Source: Paraspadella gotoi
Taxonomy: Eukaryota > Animalia > Chaetognatha
DNA: 64,000 nt
Assembly: GCA_051294375.1 (NCBI GenBank)
Contig: CM119264.1
Location: 18,045,729-18,109,728, forward strand
Direction of reading: 5' to 3'
Shown in pieces: positions 51,100 through 64,000 of this stretch. Position numbers and translations under genes: made by a program. The notes under the pieces were generated by a model. The model did not search any database. It was not told the DNA's origin and saw nothing but the letters and a program-made list of their open reading frames with translations. Numbering within the stretch: position 1 is the stretch's first letter; each line of letters starts with the position of its first letter.

Positions 51100-51725
51100 C
51101 TTATCCATTAATCCCAATTCGATCACTCTGTTTCTTATCCACTCATCCAATCTCATCTCCCCATTTCTCATCCACTNNNNNNNNNNNNNNNNNNNNNNNN
51201 NNNNNNNNNNNNNNNNNNNNNNNNNNNNNNNNNNNNNNNNNNNNNNNNNNNNNNNNNNNNNNNNNNNNNNNNNNNNNNNNNNNNNNNNNNNNNNNNNNNN
51301 NNNNNNNNNNNNNNNNNNNNNNNNNNNNNNNNNNNNNNNNNNNNNNNNNNNNNNNNNNNNNNNNNNTCAATCCACTCATCCAATACTCATCTCCCAATTT
51401 GCTCATACCACTCATCCAAAGCTCATCTCCCACATCGTCATCCATCTATCCAAAACTCGCATCTCTCCATTTCTAGCCACTCATCAATCTCATTCTCCCC
51501 ATTTCTCATCCACTCATCCAACTATCACCCCATTGTCTCATCCACTCATCCAATCTCATCTCCCATTCTCATCCACTCATTCAAACTCACTCACCCCATT
51601 TCTCATCCACTCATCCAAACTCATCTCCCATTTCTCATCCACTCATCCAAACTCAGTCTCCCCATTGTCTCATCACACTCATCCCAAACTCATCTCCCAT
51701 TTCTCAATCCACTCATCCATCTCTC
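51100..51725. repeat. ~32-bp minisatellite (CTCATCCACTCATCCAAACTCATCTCCCCATTT-like) spanning a gap
   Basis: Degenerate tandem copies on both sides of the N-gap 51177-51366. Confidence 0.85.
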
Positions 51726-52375
51726 TCTTTCACTGTGTCGTGTTGTGCGACGACAACGAAGACGACGACGAAGTCTTTCTACTTTGTGACACGTAGGGGT
51801 CAGCAAGAATGACCAAGAATGAGTTTTGTTCATAACAAGATTAAGAACTTGTNNNNNNNNNNNNNNNNNNNNNNNNNNNNNNNNNNNNNNNNNNNNNNNN
51901 NNNNNNNNNNNNNNNNNNNNNNNNNNNNNNNNNNNNNAAAAAAGAGAGAGATTTTCATTTAACCGAATTCGTAACATCAAAAACGAAAATATCGTGAATA
52001 CCTAAAACAGATTTCCCGGCGGGCATCTTCCGCCTCCCCTCTGCCCCCCCCGTCTCTTTGGCACCGCCCGCTGTGGTTTCACTAAGCCCTCGCTAACTAT
52101 CTTTCCCTCCATAAATGCTCTTCACGCAAACAAGTTTTACGGGAAGGGGAGAGCGGGGATAAAGGGGCTGAAGGAGTTGGAGCGCTTTTTCGACGACCTG
52201 TTGGGCGAGATGGAGTTGGAGAGTTGGAGGAGAAAACGATGAGAGAGAGAACTGTGGCGGAGAAAGTAAAAGAGAATAGACTCTGCGGGGAAAGGAAAGG
52301 TGTCAAAGCGAACGGAGGGAGAAGAGGAAGATGAATGGATGAGGGTCTAAAACGAAATCGAATTGAGAAACCGTG

Positions 52376-52432
<57 letters not shown>

Positions 52433-54933
52433 TCCTCTTCTCATCAGTCTCTCTACTCTTGGGCACGGAGAAGAAAAGAGGAAGTCGACCATGGCGAAGA
52501 CGACGTTGAGGACGTCACTCACAAAGACGAAAACCAAAGCGACGACGACGACAACTACGACGACGATATCACACACGCGATCGAATAAAAAAGACCGAAA
52601 CCGAAAATATAACGACAAATTGATAATGAGTATCAATATTTTATCTCCGCACGTGATTACAGAACAATAACAGTAATTGCGATTCACGAGACAATGAACA
52701 ACTAGAAAAATCTTCAAAAAACGAATGAGACATTGCTGACGATACTATTAATAATGATAATAAAGGCAATGTCGAAAAATCTTCTAAATATACCCGTTAC
52801 CCATCATGGCCTAAATCACCAACGACCTTGCCGAGGATTTAACGACGATGTCACCATTCGATCCTAAAAATCACAACAACGACAACAGCTCAGATGAAAA
52901 ACCCCACCTACGACGCCCACAACATTACTGGCAACGACTACAAAAACAGACTCCATCATCAACGTCGAAGTTTCTTCAATATATTTTGATGTCTTTTCAA
53001 GATTGCCTTTCACCTCTCCTCGAAAAAAGGGAAAAGGAAACCGAGAATAAAAACGTAAGAGGAAACAATAACAACGCAGCCGCCATTTTTTTTTTTTAGC
53101 TTCGGCGTCGAACTATTTTCCCTCTTTTCTTCTTCCCCATTTTCTTTCATTTCGTCCCCATATTTTTCTTCTTTTCCATCCTTTTTTTCTTCCTTTTTCC
53201 CATTTCTCCACCTCAACAACTTTCGCTCTTTTGTTTTATTTCTTCGTCGACGAGCGACAGATGGCGGTTGGGCGTCGCCAGATGCCAAGACGTCGACGAC
53301 GACGGAGCGGAGATGCCGAAGCTGAGACGCCGACTCGGAAATGCTTCGGCGGCGCCACAAAGACTGAAACGAAGAAATTTTTTTTTTTTTTGAGCATGGA
53401 AGAAATACAATGTTCACGGTTCACGGTTCACTCGAAATATTTTGACGTCATCGTGTCCGCAGATGCGTCCAATGCGACAACAGACGACGACACAGCGACG
53501 TCAGATGCCGACACAGAAGCGTCAGATGCCGAACACGAGTTTCTAGTCGCTCAACATTTCTAGAATTTCTTCCCATCAATTTTATGAGATTTGTCATTTA
53601 GCCCCGCGTTTCGAAAGAGAAAAGGGCGGGAACGGGAAGGAGGAGAGGGGGGGAGAGAGGGGGGGGGAGAGAGTGGAAGCGGTGGTAGAACGATCGGGAC
53701 CAGGAAATAATAGCAGCGATAACTGAGAAATGGTAAAGTTGAGGTTAAATACTTGGCAATTAGGAAAAGCGGAATAGGAAAAGCGGGCGACTGACTGACT
53801 GGTGATTTGGGGAAAAGATTAAAGAAGAAAAGATGAAATAAAGGGAAAGAGGACAACAAAGGAGATAATTAAAAAGAAAGGGAGCAGGTTGCCAAAAGTT
53901 TGTTTTTGGGAGAGACATAATTAACTAAAAAGAAAATTAGGATCTTACGTAAGCACAGTATCTTAGCGACGTATCAGAAAAAGAAAAGAAAAAAAAATAA
54001 TGATTACGTAGCAAACATGAAAAGGACTTGGCTAAGGAAGGGGAGAATGATGAAAGAGAAAAAAATGAAAATGAAAAGAAAAGTTGGAGGAAAGTAGAGA
54101 AATATCGAGAACGATGAGGAGAAAAGAGAAAAGAAGGATGAGGAGGATGAAGAGGAGAAAGAAGAGAACGATGAGGAGTTGAAAAAAAAAAGTAATTTAA
54201 CGTCGTCTTTTTCTTCGGCGCCGCAAAAGACGTTTTTAACGGGAAAGAAGAAAAAGAAAAAAAAGAAAAGATTAAATTAAAGAAAACGCAAAAGGAGAAA
54301 AAAAAAGGAGAAGAAAAATGGTCGTAGTCGTCTGATTATAATGCGTTCATGAGTGTGAGGTTGAGAAATGAGAAGAGAGGGCGGATGAGAACGGAGAAAA
54401 AACCTGGCCGAGTCAACCTTGATTTATTTTAGATTCACGAAAAAGTTTCGTGATAGACATTGGAGAGGGAGAGAAAAAATATCGAGACTCGGATCTATTG
54501 GTTGTGATTCTTTTTTACCTAATTTAATAATTGCGGAGGGAATACTCCTCTAGATTCAGAATGGCCATTCTAACGGCATATTAACTATCCTGCTCGTGGA
54601 AAAAAACAATTTCTATATTTTATAATATTTGTAAAATTTCTTTGTCACATCTTCTACAAAGGTTTTATGAAAACGGAGAAAATGTTGAATGCCTTAAGGT
54701 AATATTATTTTAGATACAGAAAATAATATCATGCAAAAGTAGATCTTATAAAACGATGAGAAATGATCAAGCCTTAATGGTGCTTTGCTCACCAGCCAAT
54801 GAAGCAACTCGATCCGCGCGAGACTTATTACCCTCGGAGCGAGTTCCAACCTCCAAGGTTTCCGATATCATATGGCGCTCGTTTGCGCCTTGAAACGCCC
54901 GCGCCGCTAAAGAGGCGTTTACATCATCTGGAA

Positions 54934-54971
<38 letters not shown>

Positions 54972-55002
54972 TGAGGAAGAGAAAAGAGAGAAAATGAGAG
55001 AG

Positions 55003-55059
<57 letters not shown>

Positions 55060-55948
55060 CGAGATAGTGACGGAAAAAATCCCGAAAATTAGCGAAAAGG
55101 AGGGAAAAAGTCATCGGATTAGCAGAGGATAAATCAGTCAAGCCCAATCTCTTTTTCTTTCTTTCTGTCTACGGATTTTCATTCTAAAGGCGCTGTTTGT
55201 AGAAACTGATCTGCAAAATGTTAAATCACCACTCGATATCATAATTCATAGAAGTTAGAAAATAAAAAAAGAAAAAAAAAGATAGCGCGTCAGGTACTCT
55301 CACGTTTTACTTTTCTCTTTCTAAAAGGACAGTCAATAACGTTTCCGATGTCTTTCCCGCCCACAGAGGATTAAACGGAGCCCACAGTGATTTTAAATAA
55401 TTCGATTAGTTCTTTATGCTGGGAAAGAGCGAAGCCAAAGTCCATCGTGGAGGAAAAAAAAAAAGGGGGAAACAAAAAGGAAGAGGGCGGTTGTGTTTTT
55501 TCCCTGGAGTTTTCCGCGTCGCCATTCATCATTGGAATAACCATCCTCTCGGTATCATTTTCCATTTTATCCATTTTCCCCCGCTTACATCGTTTTGAAA
55601 TCTTTCCCCCCCCCTTCCTCTGCCACTCCCCGGGCTGAAAAAACGATTACTCTCGCTTCACGTGGTTGTTAGTATATTTCAAGGTTGAAAATTAACCCAC
55701 TCTTCGGCTTTGGCTTTTATTTTTTTTTTTTAAATTTTCATTTAATATTAAAAACGAGGAAGGGAATAAAACCAACACTGTTCCGCGATACCGACCGAAA
55801 TGACTGATTTGTCTGGTCTCGACCCTCGGCTCACTCTCATCCTCACCTGGACGCGAAATTGAGAATAGAAATAAAAGGAAACTTACCTCCGACTTCCTTC
55901 CTAACGCGATTTCCTTACCTAGCTTCACACAGCCCCTGGAAACTCGTC

Positions 55949-56393
55949 TTTCATGAATTCAACCCACCAGGAATCAAAAACGTGAAATCCACGTAGCTAA
56001 CCTCAACTGCTCGGTCAACCATGATACGACCCACCCACCAAGCATTGTCAACAGAAAACAGGAGCGGAATTAGGAACGATCTATTCCAACTAGAGAGATA
56101 CTGAAGAGAGAGAGAAGAGAAAAAGAGAGAGAGTCGTATCTAAGATCAATCTCTTCAGCCATCTATATCGCCTCCCACAAACCAAGCCGCAAGATGCCAT
56201 CTTCCCTTCGCCCATGGAGAAAAGAAGAAAAAAAAAAAAAACAGAAGGAAGCACGGGAAGGAAGATCATAAAGGCAGAGGAAGGAAAACTGAAAAATTCG
56301 AAACCGAGATTTGAATATGAGGGTACTGACGTAAAATGCGCCCAGTGGATTGGTGAAGGAAAAACGCTCACAAAAAAGGCAAGTTTTTTTCTC

Positions 56394-56432
<39 letters not shown>

Positions 56433-56622
56433 CTCTCCTGTCTCCACTCTCTCACTATCTTTAGCTTCCTAGTTTTTTTACCCCGAATCATCGCTAATCC
56501 CATCCTGTAGTTTTCCCCTTCGATCAACTCGGATTTAGTCCTCGGCTTTTTCTCCCACAATGTTTGTATTGATGACCGAGTCCATTCCACTCTGGCGNNN
56601 NNNNNNNNNNNNNNNNNNNNNN

Positions 56623-56658
<36 letters not shown>

Positions 56659-57221
56659 AAAAAAACTTGCTTTTTTGTGAGCGGTTTTCCTTCACCAATC
56701 AACTGGCGCGCATTTTACGTCGTACCTCATATTCAAATCTCGGTTCGAATTTTTCAGTTTTTTCCTTCCTCTGCCTTTATGATCTTCCTTCACCGTGCTC
56801 CCTTCTGTTCTCTTTTTTTTCCTTCTTCTTTCTCCATGGGCGAAGGGAAGATGGCATCTTGCGGCTTAACCGAGACATGGTTTGTGGGAGGCGATATAGA
56901 TGGCTGAAAAGATTGATCTTAGATACGACTCTCTCTCTTTTTCTCTCTCNNNNNNNNNNNNNNNNNNNNNNNNNGCATCTGCGGCTTAACCGAGACATGT
57001 TTGTGGAGGCGATATAGATGGCTGAAGAGATTGATCTTAGATACGACTCTCTCTCTTTTTTTTCTCTCTCTCTTCAGTATCTCTCTAGTTGGAATAGATC
57101 GTTCCTAATTCCGCTTACCTGTTTCTGTGACAAAGCTTGGAGGGTTCGTATCATGTTGACCGAGCAGTTGAGGTAGCTACGTGGATTTCACGTTTTTGAT
57201 TCCTGGTGGGTTGTCATGAAG
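55949..57221. repeat. ~480-bp inverted duplication (55949-56428 vs 56623-57221) around two 25-N gaps
   Basis: For example, gtcgtatctaagatcaatctcttcagccatctatatcgcctcc (about 56133-56175) is the reverse complement of ggaggcgatatagatggctgaagagattgatcttagatacgac (about 57005-57047). A ~90-bp piece is also duplicated across the gap 56950-56974. Confidence 0.85.
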
Positions 57222-58341
57222 ACCGAGTTAATCCCTACGTCTTTTCGCTACGAGCTTCGTCGTTTTTTATCTTCGTTATTTATTTTTCTTTTCTTTCTTC
57301 CTTCCTTCCTTCCTTCCTTCCTTCCTTCCTTCCTTCCTTCCTTCCTTCCTTCTCTTTCCTTCTTCTTTCTTTCTCTCTCCCGCTCTCTCTCTCTCTCTCA
57401 CGTCGAGGTTGGAGGCGAGAACAAAAATTATTCTAGATCAAAATCGATTCCGCGGTTTTTTTGTTTCGCTTCCGTTTTTTTTTTTTTTGTTCTTTTAAGA
57501 CGAGAATAAACATTAGATTTTATTTTTATGGCGCTCGTTGGTGAAAATGGAAACGAGACGACCAATGAAAACGCGGCAAGAACAAGAAAGAAGGAAAGCA
57601 AAGAACAAAAAAGGGGAGAGTGATAAGTAAAAACGATAGAAGTGAGGAAGGATGTAGCTAAAACGTGCCGAAGGTCGGCCGACTCACGTTTCATTTGAAA
57701 TATGATAAATAGGAGATCGTGCAGATTTCTGTTTATTCATTCGGAATTTGTATATGGCGATTCTTTAAAAAAAAAAAAATTTGCACTGGAGCAAAGATTT
57801 TAGATTTGGAAAAAAAAGTTAATTACTTTGGACGCGAGGGAGAAAGAAAGGGGAGGGCACGCAACTGGTTCCTTCTCCTTCCCGCGCCATCAATTAACCT
57901 ATACATATAGTCTCTCCCTCGATATTTAACATTCGACTGGATTTTCTTTCTTTACCCTTTTCTCTACCAACTTCTGCTCCTCGGCCCTAAGTTAGGGACT
58001 CACCCGACGGCCCGATATCGATCGCCCATCGGTCTCTTTCCAATTGGCCAATCACCGCCCTCTACCAATCACAGCATCGGATAATTTTGTCATTGACCTT
58101 TAACGATTCGTCTGATATTTGGGGCTTCGATTCCCACCCACTCCCTCTCCGTAGCTAATCGTTCCTTCCATCGCGTCTCATTACCGCGTCGCGTCGACGC
58201 CCTCTCCAAAATCCTTACCCTCCCGACCCTCTCCCCGAAAAGGTCAGGATTAACAGCCAGCGTTGAGAGGAAGGGCAAATACAAGGCCGAGGCTTCGGGT
58301 GAGACAGAGGGAGGAAAGAGATAGAGATAGAAGAAGAGAGA

Positions 58342-58418
<77 letters not shown>

Positions 58419-59120
58419 GAGTGTCCACGCAAATACATTTGGCGCCCGAAGTCAAATAACGCGAACGTGCCTGGCTCTTCATCTTCCTGGAAGGAGGTTG
58501 AGAGAGAAAGGAAACTCGCGTTAGAAACCTTTCATATAATGTCTATGGATTTTTGATTATAGGAGAATAAAGAGGAGAGTGACCGCGGCCCGGGCACGTT
58601 TCAATTCCCCCATACAAAACTTGACATTTAATTAGAATTAACTATGTATGTTCACGACGCAAACATACCATTATTTAATTAAAATGGGGCAATGATATTT
58701 TTTATTTTGCGTCACACCGACAGACCTCCCTTTTTTATATTGTATACACTTTTTTACATTTTATTTTGGCTCACTTTTCATTGCGTTCATAATTACTGTA
58801 TTCAATATTCATATTCTCAAGCCATTGATCATCCACTTTCACGAAAAAATTGTCTTATAATCTTAAATCTTAATCGGTCCGACTAAATAGAACATGATCT
58901 CAGCTCGAGAGTATATTTAGTCGCAAATGCCAATCCAAAATTTATTGATACAAGAGAAAATGTCAAATTTAACGTATGACGTCCGGTGCGTCTCGGCGCT
59001 GACAAACATTTTTTTTTCTCAGACGACATTGTGACAGTTTTGTGGCAACTTTAAAAAACGTAAAAGTAGAGTACAAGCAATTTTCATGACATTCAAAAAC
59101 AATCGCGAAGCCCGACACCG
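57100..59120 (+). repeat. Copy 1 of a ~2.0-kb near-identical tandem duplication (probable assembly artefact)
   Basis: Colinear with 59146-61176 from cgttcctaattccg to cgacaccg; a 25-N gap (59121-59145) lies between them. Confidence 0.9.
58040..58072. promoter_or_regulatory. CCAAT-box cluster with GC-box (duplicated near 60125-60160)
   Basis: CCAAT 58040, GGCCAATCA 58046-58054, CCGCCC 58055-58060 and CCAATCA 58065-58071. Confidence 0.35.
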
Positions 59121-59145
59121 NNNNNNNNNNNNNNNNNNNNNNNNN

Positions 59146-60427
59146 CGTTCCTAATTCCGCCTTACCTGTTTCTTGTGACAATGCTTGGTGGGTTCGTATC
59201 ATGTTTGACCGAGCAGTTGAGGTAGCTACGTGGATTTCACGTTTTTTGATTCCTGGTGGTTGTCATGAAGAGAGTTAATCCCTACGTCTTTCGCTACGAG
59301 CTTTCGTCGTTTTTTATCTTCGTTATTTATTCTCCCTTTTCCTTTCCTTCCTTTCCTTCCTTCCTTCCTTTCTTCTTCCTTCCTCCTTCCTTCCTTCCTT
59401 CCTTCCTTCCTTCCTTCCTTCCTTCTCTTCCTTCCTTCTCTCCTTCCTTCTCTTCTTTCTCTCTCCCGCTCTCTCTCTCTCTCTCCACGTCGAGGGTGGA
59501 GGCGAGAACAAAAATTATTCTAGATCAAAATCCGATTCCGCGGTTTTTTTGTTTCGCTTCTCGTTTTTTTTTTTTTGTTCTTTTAAACGAGAATAAACAT
59601 TAGAATTTTTTATTTTTATGGCGCTCGTTGGTGAAAATGGAAACGAGACGACCAATGAAAACGCGGACAAGAACAAGAAAGAAGGAAAGCAAAAACAAAA
59701 AAGGGGAGAGTGATAAGTAAAAACGTAAAGTGAGGAAGGATGTAGCTAAAACGTGCCGAAGGTCGGCCGACTCACGTTTCATTGAAATATGATAAATAGA
59801 GATCGTTGCAGATTTCTGTTTATTCATTCGAATTTGTATATGGCGATTCTTTAAAAAAAAAAAAAATTTGCACTGGAGCAAAGATTTTAGATTTTGGAAA
59901 AAAAAAGTTAATTACTTTGGACGCGAGGGAGAAAGAAAGGGAGGGCACGCAACTGGTTCCTTCTCCTTCCCGCGCATCAATTAACCTATATATATAGTCT
60001 CTCCCTCGATATTTAACATTCGACTGGATTTTCTTTCTTTCCCTTTTCTCTACCAACTTCTGCTCCTCGGCCTAAGTTAGGGACTCACCCGACGGCCCGA
60101 TATCGATCGCCATCGGTTCTCTTTCCAATTGGCCAATCAACCGCCCTCTACCAATCACAGCATCGGATAATTTTGTCATTGACCTTTAACGATTCGTCTT
60201 GATATTGGGGCTTCGATTCCCACCCACTCCCTTCCGTAGCTAATCGTTCCTTCCATCGCGTCTCATTACCGCGTCGCGTCGACGCCCTCTCCAAAATCCT
60301 TACCCTCCGACCCTCTCCCCGAAAAGGTCAGGATTAACAGCCAGCGTTGAGAGGAAGGGCAAATACAGGCCGAGGCTTCGGGTGAGACAGAGGGAGGGAA
60401 AGAGATAGAGATAGAGAGAGAGAGAGA

Positions 60428-60489
<62 letters not shown>

Positions 60490-61176
60490 AGAGAGATGAG
60501 AGTGTCCACGCAATACATTTGGCGCCCGAAGTCAAATAACGCGAACGTGCCTGGCTTTATCTTCCTGGAAGGAGGTTGAGAGAGAAAGGAAACTCGCGTT
60601 AGAAAACCTTTCATATAATGTCTATGGATTTTTGATTATAGGAGAATAAAGAGGAGGAGTGACCGCGGCCCGGGCACGTTTCAATTCCCCATACAAAACT
60701 TGACATTTAATTAGATTAACTATGTATGTTCACGCGCAAACAACCATTATTTAATTAAAATGGGGCAATGATATTTTTATTTGCGTCACACCGACAGAAC
60801 CTCCCTTTTTTAATTGTATACACCTTTTACATTTTATTTGCTCACTCATTGCGTTCAATAATTACTGTATTCAATATTCATATTCTCAAGCCAGATCATC
60901 CACTTTCACGAAAAAATTGTCTTTATCTTAAATCTTAATCGGTCCGACTAAATAGAACATGATCTCAGCTCGAGAGTATATTTAGTCGCAAATGCCAATC
61001 CAAAATTTATTGATACAAGAGAAAATGTCAATTTATATGACGTCCTGCGTCTCGGCGCTGACAAACATTTTTTTTTCTCAGACGACATGTGACAGTTTTG
61101 TGGCAACTTTAAAAAACGTAAAGTAGAGTACAAGCAATTTTCATGACATTCAAAAACAATCGCGAAGCCGACACCG
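59146..61176 (+). repeat. Copy 2 of the ~2.0-kb tandem duplication
   Basis: Differences from copy 1 are almost all single-base indels. Confidence 0.9.
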
Positions 61177-62039
61177 CTCCGCCCGACACCGCTCCGCCCG
61201 ACACCGCGCCGCTTCTGAAGACGCCGCCCCGCCCGACTCCCTACCACCCGTCGCCGCTACTGCCGCCGCCCCGCCCTTACCGCCGCCCCGCCTTACCGCT
61301 TTCATCCGAGTTAATTCCTCCAAATTTGAAGTGTCACGATCAACCCCCCCTCGAACCCCCCCCCCCGAAAGAAGTTCAGAGAAAACGAAGAAGACTTTCG
61401 CGAATTTTAAATGAAATTTTTCCAAAACATTTAACAATTTTCGGAAATAAAAATTCGAAACAAAAAAAAAATGTGTGAAAAAGAAAAATAATGCGGTGGT
61501 GGGTCATTAGTCTCGGTCATGTCCACACTAGTAGTTAATGTCGCTGAGGGAGAAAGAGATGATGTAAGAGATGAAGAAGAAAGAGACAAAGTGAGGAAGA
61601 AAGGTGGATTTAGAGAGAAAGAACGAAAGAGAGAGGAATAGAGGAAAGGATGTATGTATGAATAAAAATGGATGGCGCAGAAGTCTGTCATGTTTTTAAA
61701 CATTGTAAGAATAAGCAAAGAGAAACATTATTACCATTCAATGATTTTCAAAAGCAAACATACTACGTAGCTGATTTAATAATAATTAGAGTAAAGAGAA
61801 AATTAAAATTAAAAAAAAATAATTTGGGAGTTGCCGATCGTTTATAATTAAATTTTCAACGATGGAGACACGAGTAAGAAAAGGGAAGACAAATAATAAA
61901 AAAACCTTTTTTCCCTTCGAAACCCTTTTTTTCTTTAATCACTCCTTTGTAACTTTCAAACTTCAATTTCAAAGCGATTTAAGGTTAACTTCCTTTCATC
62001 AGTCGGTTTCTTTTCCTTTCTTCATCTAAATCTTATTCT

Positions 62040-62150
62040 CTCTTTCCCTTTCTCCTTTCTCTTCATCCTTTCCTTTCCTTTTTCCTTTCTCTTCATCCTT
62101 TCCTTTTCTTTTTCCTTTCTCTTCATCCTTTCCTTTCCTTTCTCCTTCTT
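62040..62150. repeat. 30-bp polypyrimidine tandem repeat
   Basis: tttcctttctcttcatcctttcctttcctt occurs about 3.5 times. Confidence 0.8.
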
Positions 62151-62768
62151 CCCACTTTCTCGTCGTCTCGACTTCACTCCTCGCCCTCTTCATTAATTCT
62201 TTTCTTCATTTATTATCACAAAAGACTGATGCCACCTCCTTTCGAGAAGGAGGAGGAGGAGGAGGAGGAGGAAGAGCAAGAGAAGGCCATTCGAGTTCTG
62301 TTGCTTCTTTGGAAGACGAAAGGTGCGGAGCCCGGGAAAAATTGAAACACAAAAGGAAATGAGAAAAAACGAAAAAGCTAAAACGCGAGGAAAAAAAAGT
62401 TAAAACAAAAATGCAGTAGAAATTTTAAAAAACCTTTTTATACTTTATGCAATGAACATCTTTTTAACAGTCACCACTACATTTAATGCAGGACGTCATG
62501 TAAAATATATTTTTTTCTTATAATCTGTCGATACAAGACAAGGGAAAATAAGTTATCAGTGAAGCTAACCCCGAAAATCCGAGATTTTTTTCCTACGTTA
62601 ATTCCTCCTAGTCCGCCATTTTTCTCCCATCGCCGCCTTATCTCGTTCCGCGCGCGATAAAGACGCATCGCGAGCGGAGAAAAAACAAGAGGGGACTCGA
62701 CGTGCAGATTGAAATGCTAATTTCCTTTTTTTTTTCTGAGCCAGCTACTGTCTCCGCTGTCAGTAAAG

Positions 62769-62914
<146 letters not shown>

Positions 62915-63069
62915 TACTTCGATCAGTTTCGCCGACACGGTTCCATCCCCTCCCTCTATCCCGGATTTAGCCTGGACGGATGGCAGGCTGCACCTTATTA
63001 GATAATGCATAACTTTGCCACAGCTGNNNNNNNNNNTTTTTTCTCTTGCTCATCTGTTTCCTTTCTTGC

Positions 63070-63187
<118 letters not shown>

Positions 63188-64000
63188 TTTTTACCGATTA
63201 TGGAATTTACAGACCCATCATCCTATTATGCTTTTTTTCTCATCTTCCTGTATTTCATCTCTTTTTCTTTTTGCATATCTTTTCTTCCTTTAAGCTTTAT
63301 CTTACATTTTTTTCATTTCTTTTCCTCTTTTATTAAAAGTGTTACATCCCTTTTTTCTCGCTAAACGATGAGTCCGAGTTACTTTTTTGTCATCTTTCTT
63401 TCCTGTCGCCATTTTTTCTTATTCGTTACTTCTTTTTAAAAAAAATCCGCGAGATTTAATATCAGAGTCGAGATTTTTTTCCTCCTTCTCGTTTGATCGG
63501 GATTATTTCCTCTTTTTCTCCAACTTTCTTTCTTCTTCTTTTTTTCCTCCGCCACCTCCGCCCCCTTTTCCTCCTCGGAGGCATTTTCTTACCAGTCCTG
63601 CGTCTTTCTTCATAAATATGTGATCAGGTCTGCCAGAAAACGGGGCAGAGGCCCCGAAAAAAGAGAAAGGAAAGGGGGGGAAAAAGAGAAAACGCAGAAA
63701 AATACCGAGAAGGGAATAGAAAAATATAAGAAAAAAATAGAATAAAAATCCGAGAAAAAAAGTAAAAAGTAAAAAAAAAAGTTTTTCTCTCGTCTCTCGA
63801 AATAAGGATGGCGTCGATTACAAAAATATTGAAAATCGAAAATCATATTTTAAACTAAAATTATTAATTTAATTTAAAATTTTAGATGAGGTAGCAGACA
63901 ACCCAGATTCTATCTTTATCATCCAGGTAATTTCTATTTAATCATTAAGTTTTATCATTTCCCGTCCATCGCAAACCTGCGGAGAACGAAGCAGCCGCAG

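Overview
Eukaryotic (animal-like) draft genomic DNA, AT-rich and dense in (AG/CT)n, (GAC/GTC)n and poly-A/T tracts, with ten N-gaps. Only one protein-coding gene is well supported: a long-type ABCC/MRP1-like ABC transporter on the minus strand (ATG 39690 to TAA 34792, about 1472 aa). Unusually, its CDS is one 4026-bp exon plus one 393-bp exon. The gene is bracketed by arms of a foldback repeat built from degenerate TTAGGG-like units, and upstream lies a nest of small repeats (18-bp satellite, Helentron/HINE-like elements, a tRNA-derived SINE). The rest looks non-coding: several promoter-like motif clusters, octamer sites, minisatellites and one candidate Ala-rich first coding exon (32752, minus strand). 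Large near-identical duplications (about 4 kb and 2 kb tandem, about 0.5 kb inverted) all abut exactly-25-N gaps and are most likely gap-filling artefacts. Almost all other ORFs in the track are microsatellite translations. No prokaryotic system, CRISPR array, rRNA or intact tRNA was found.
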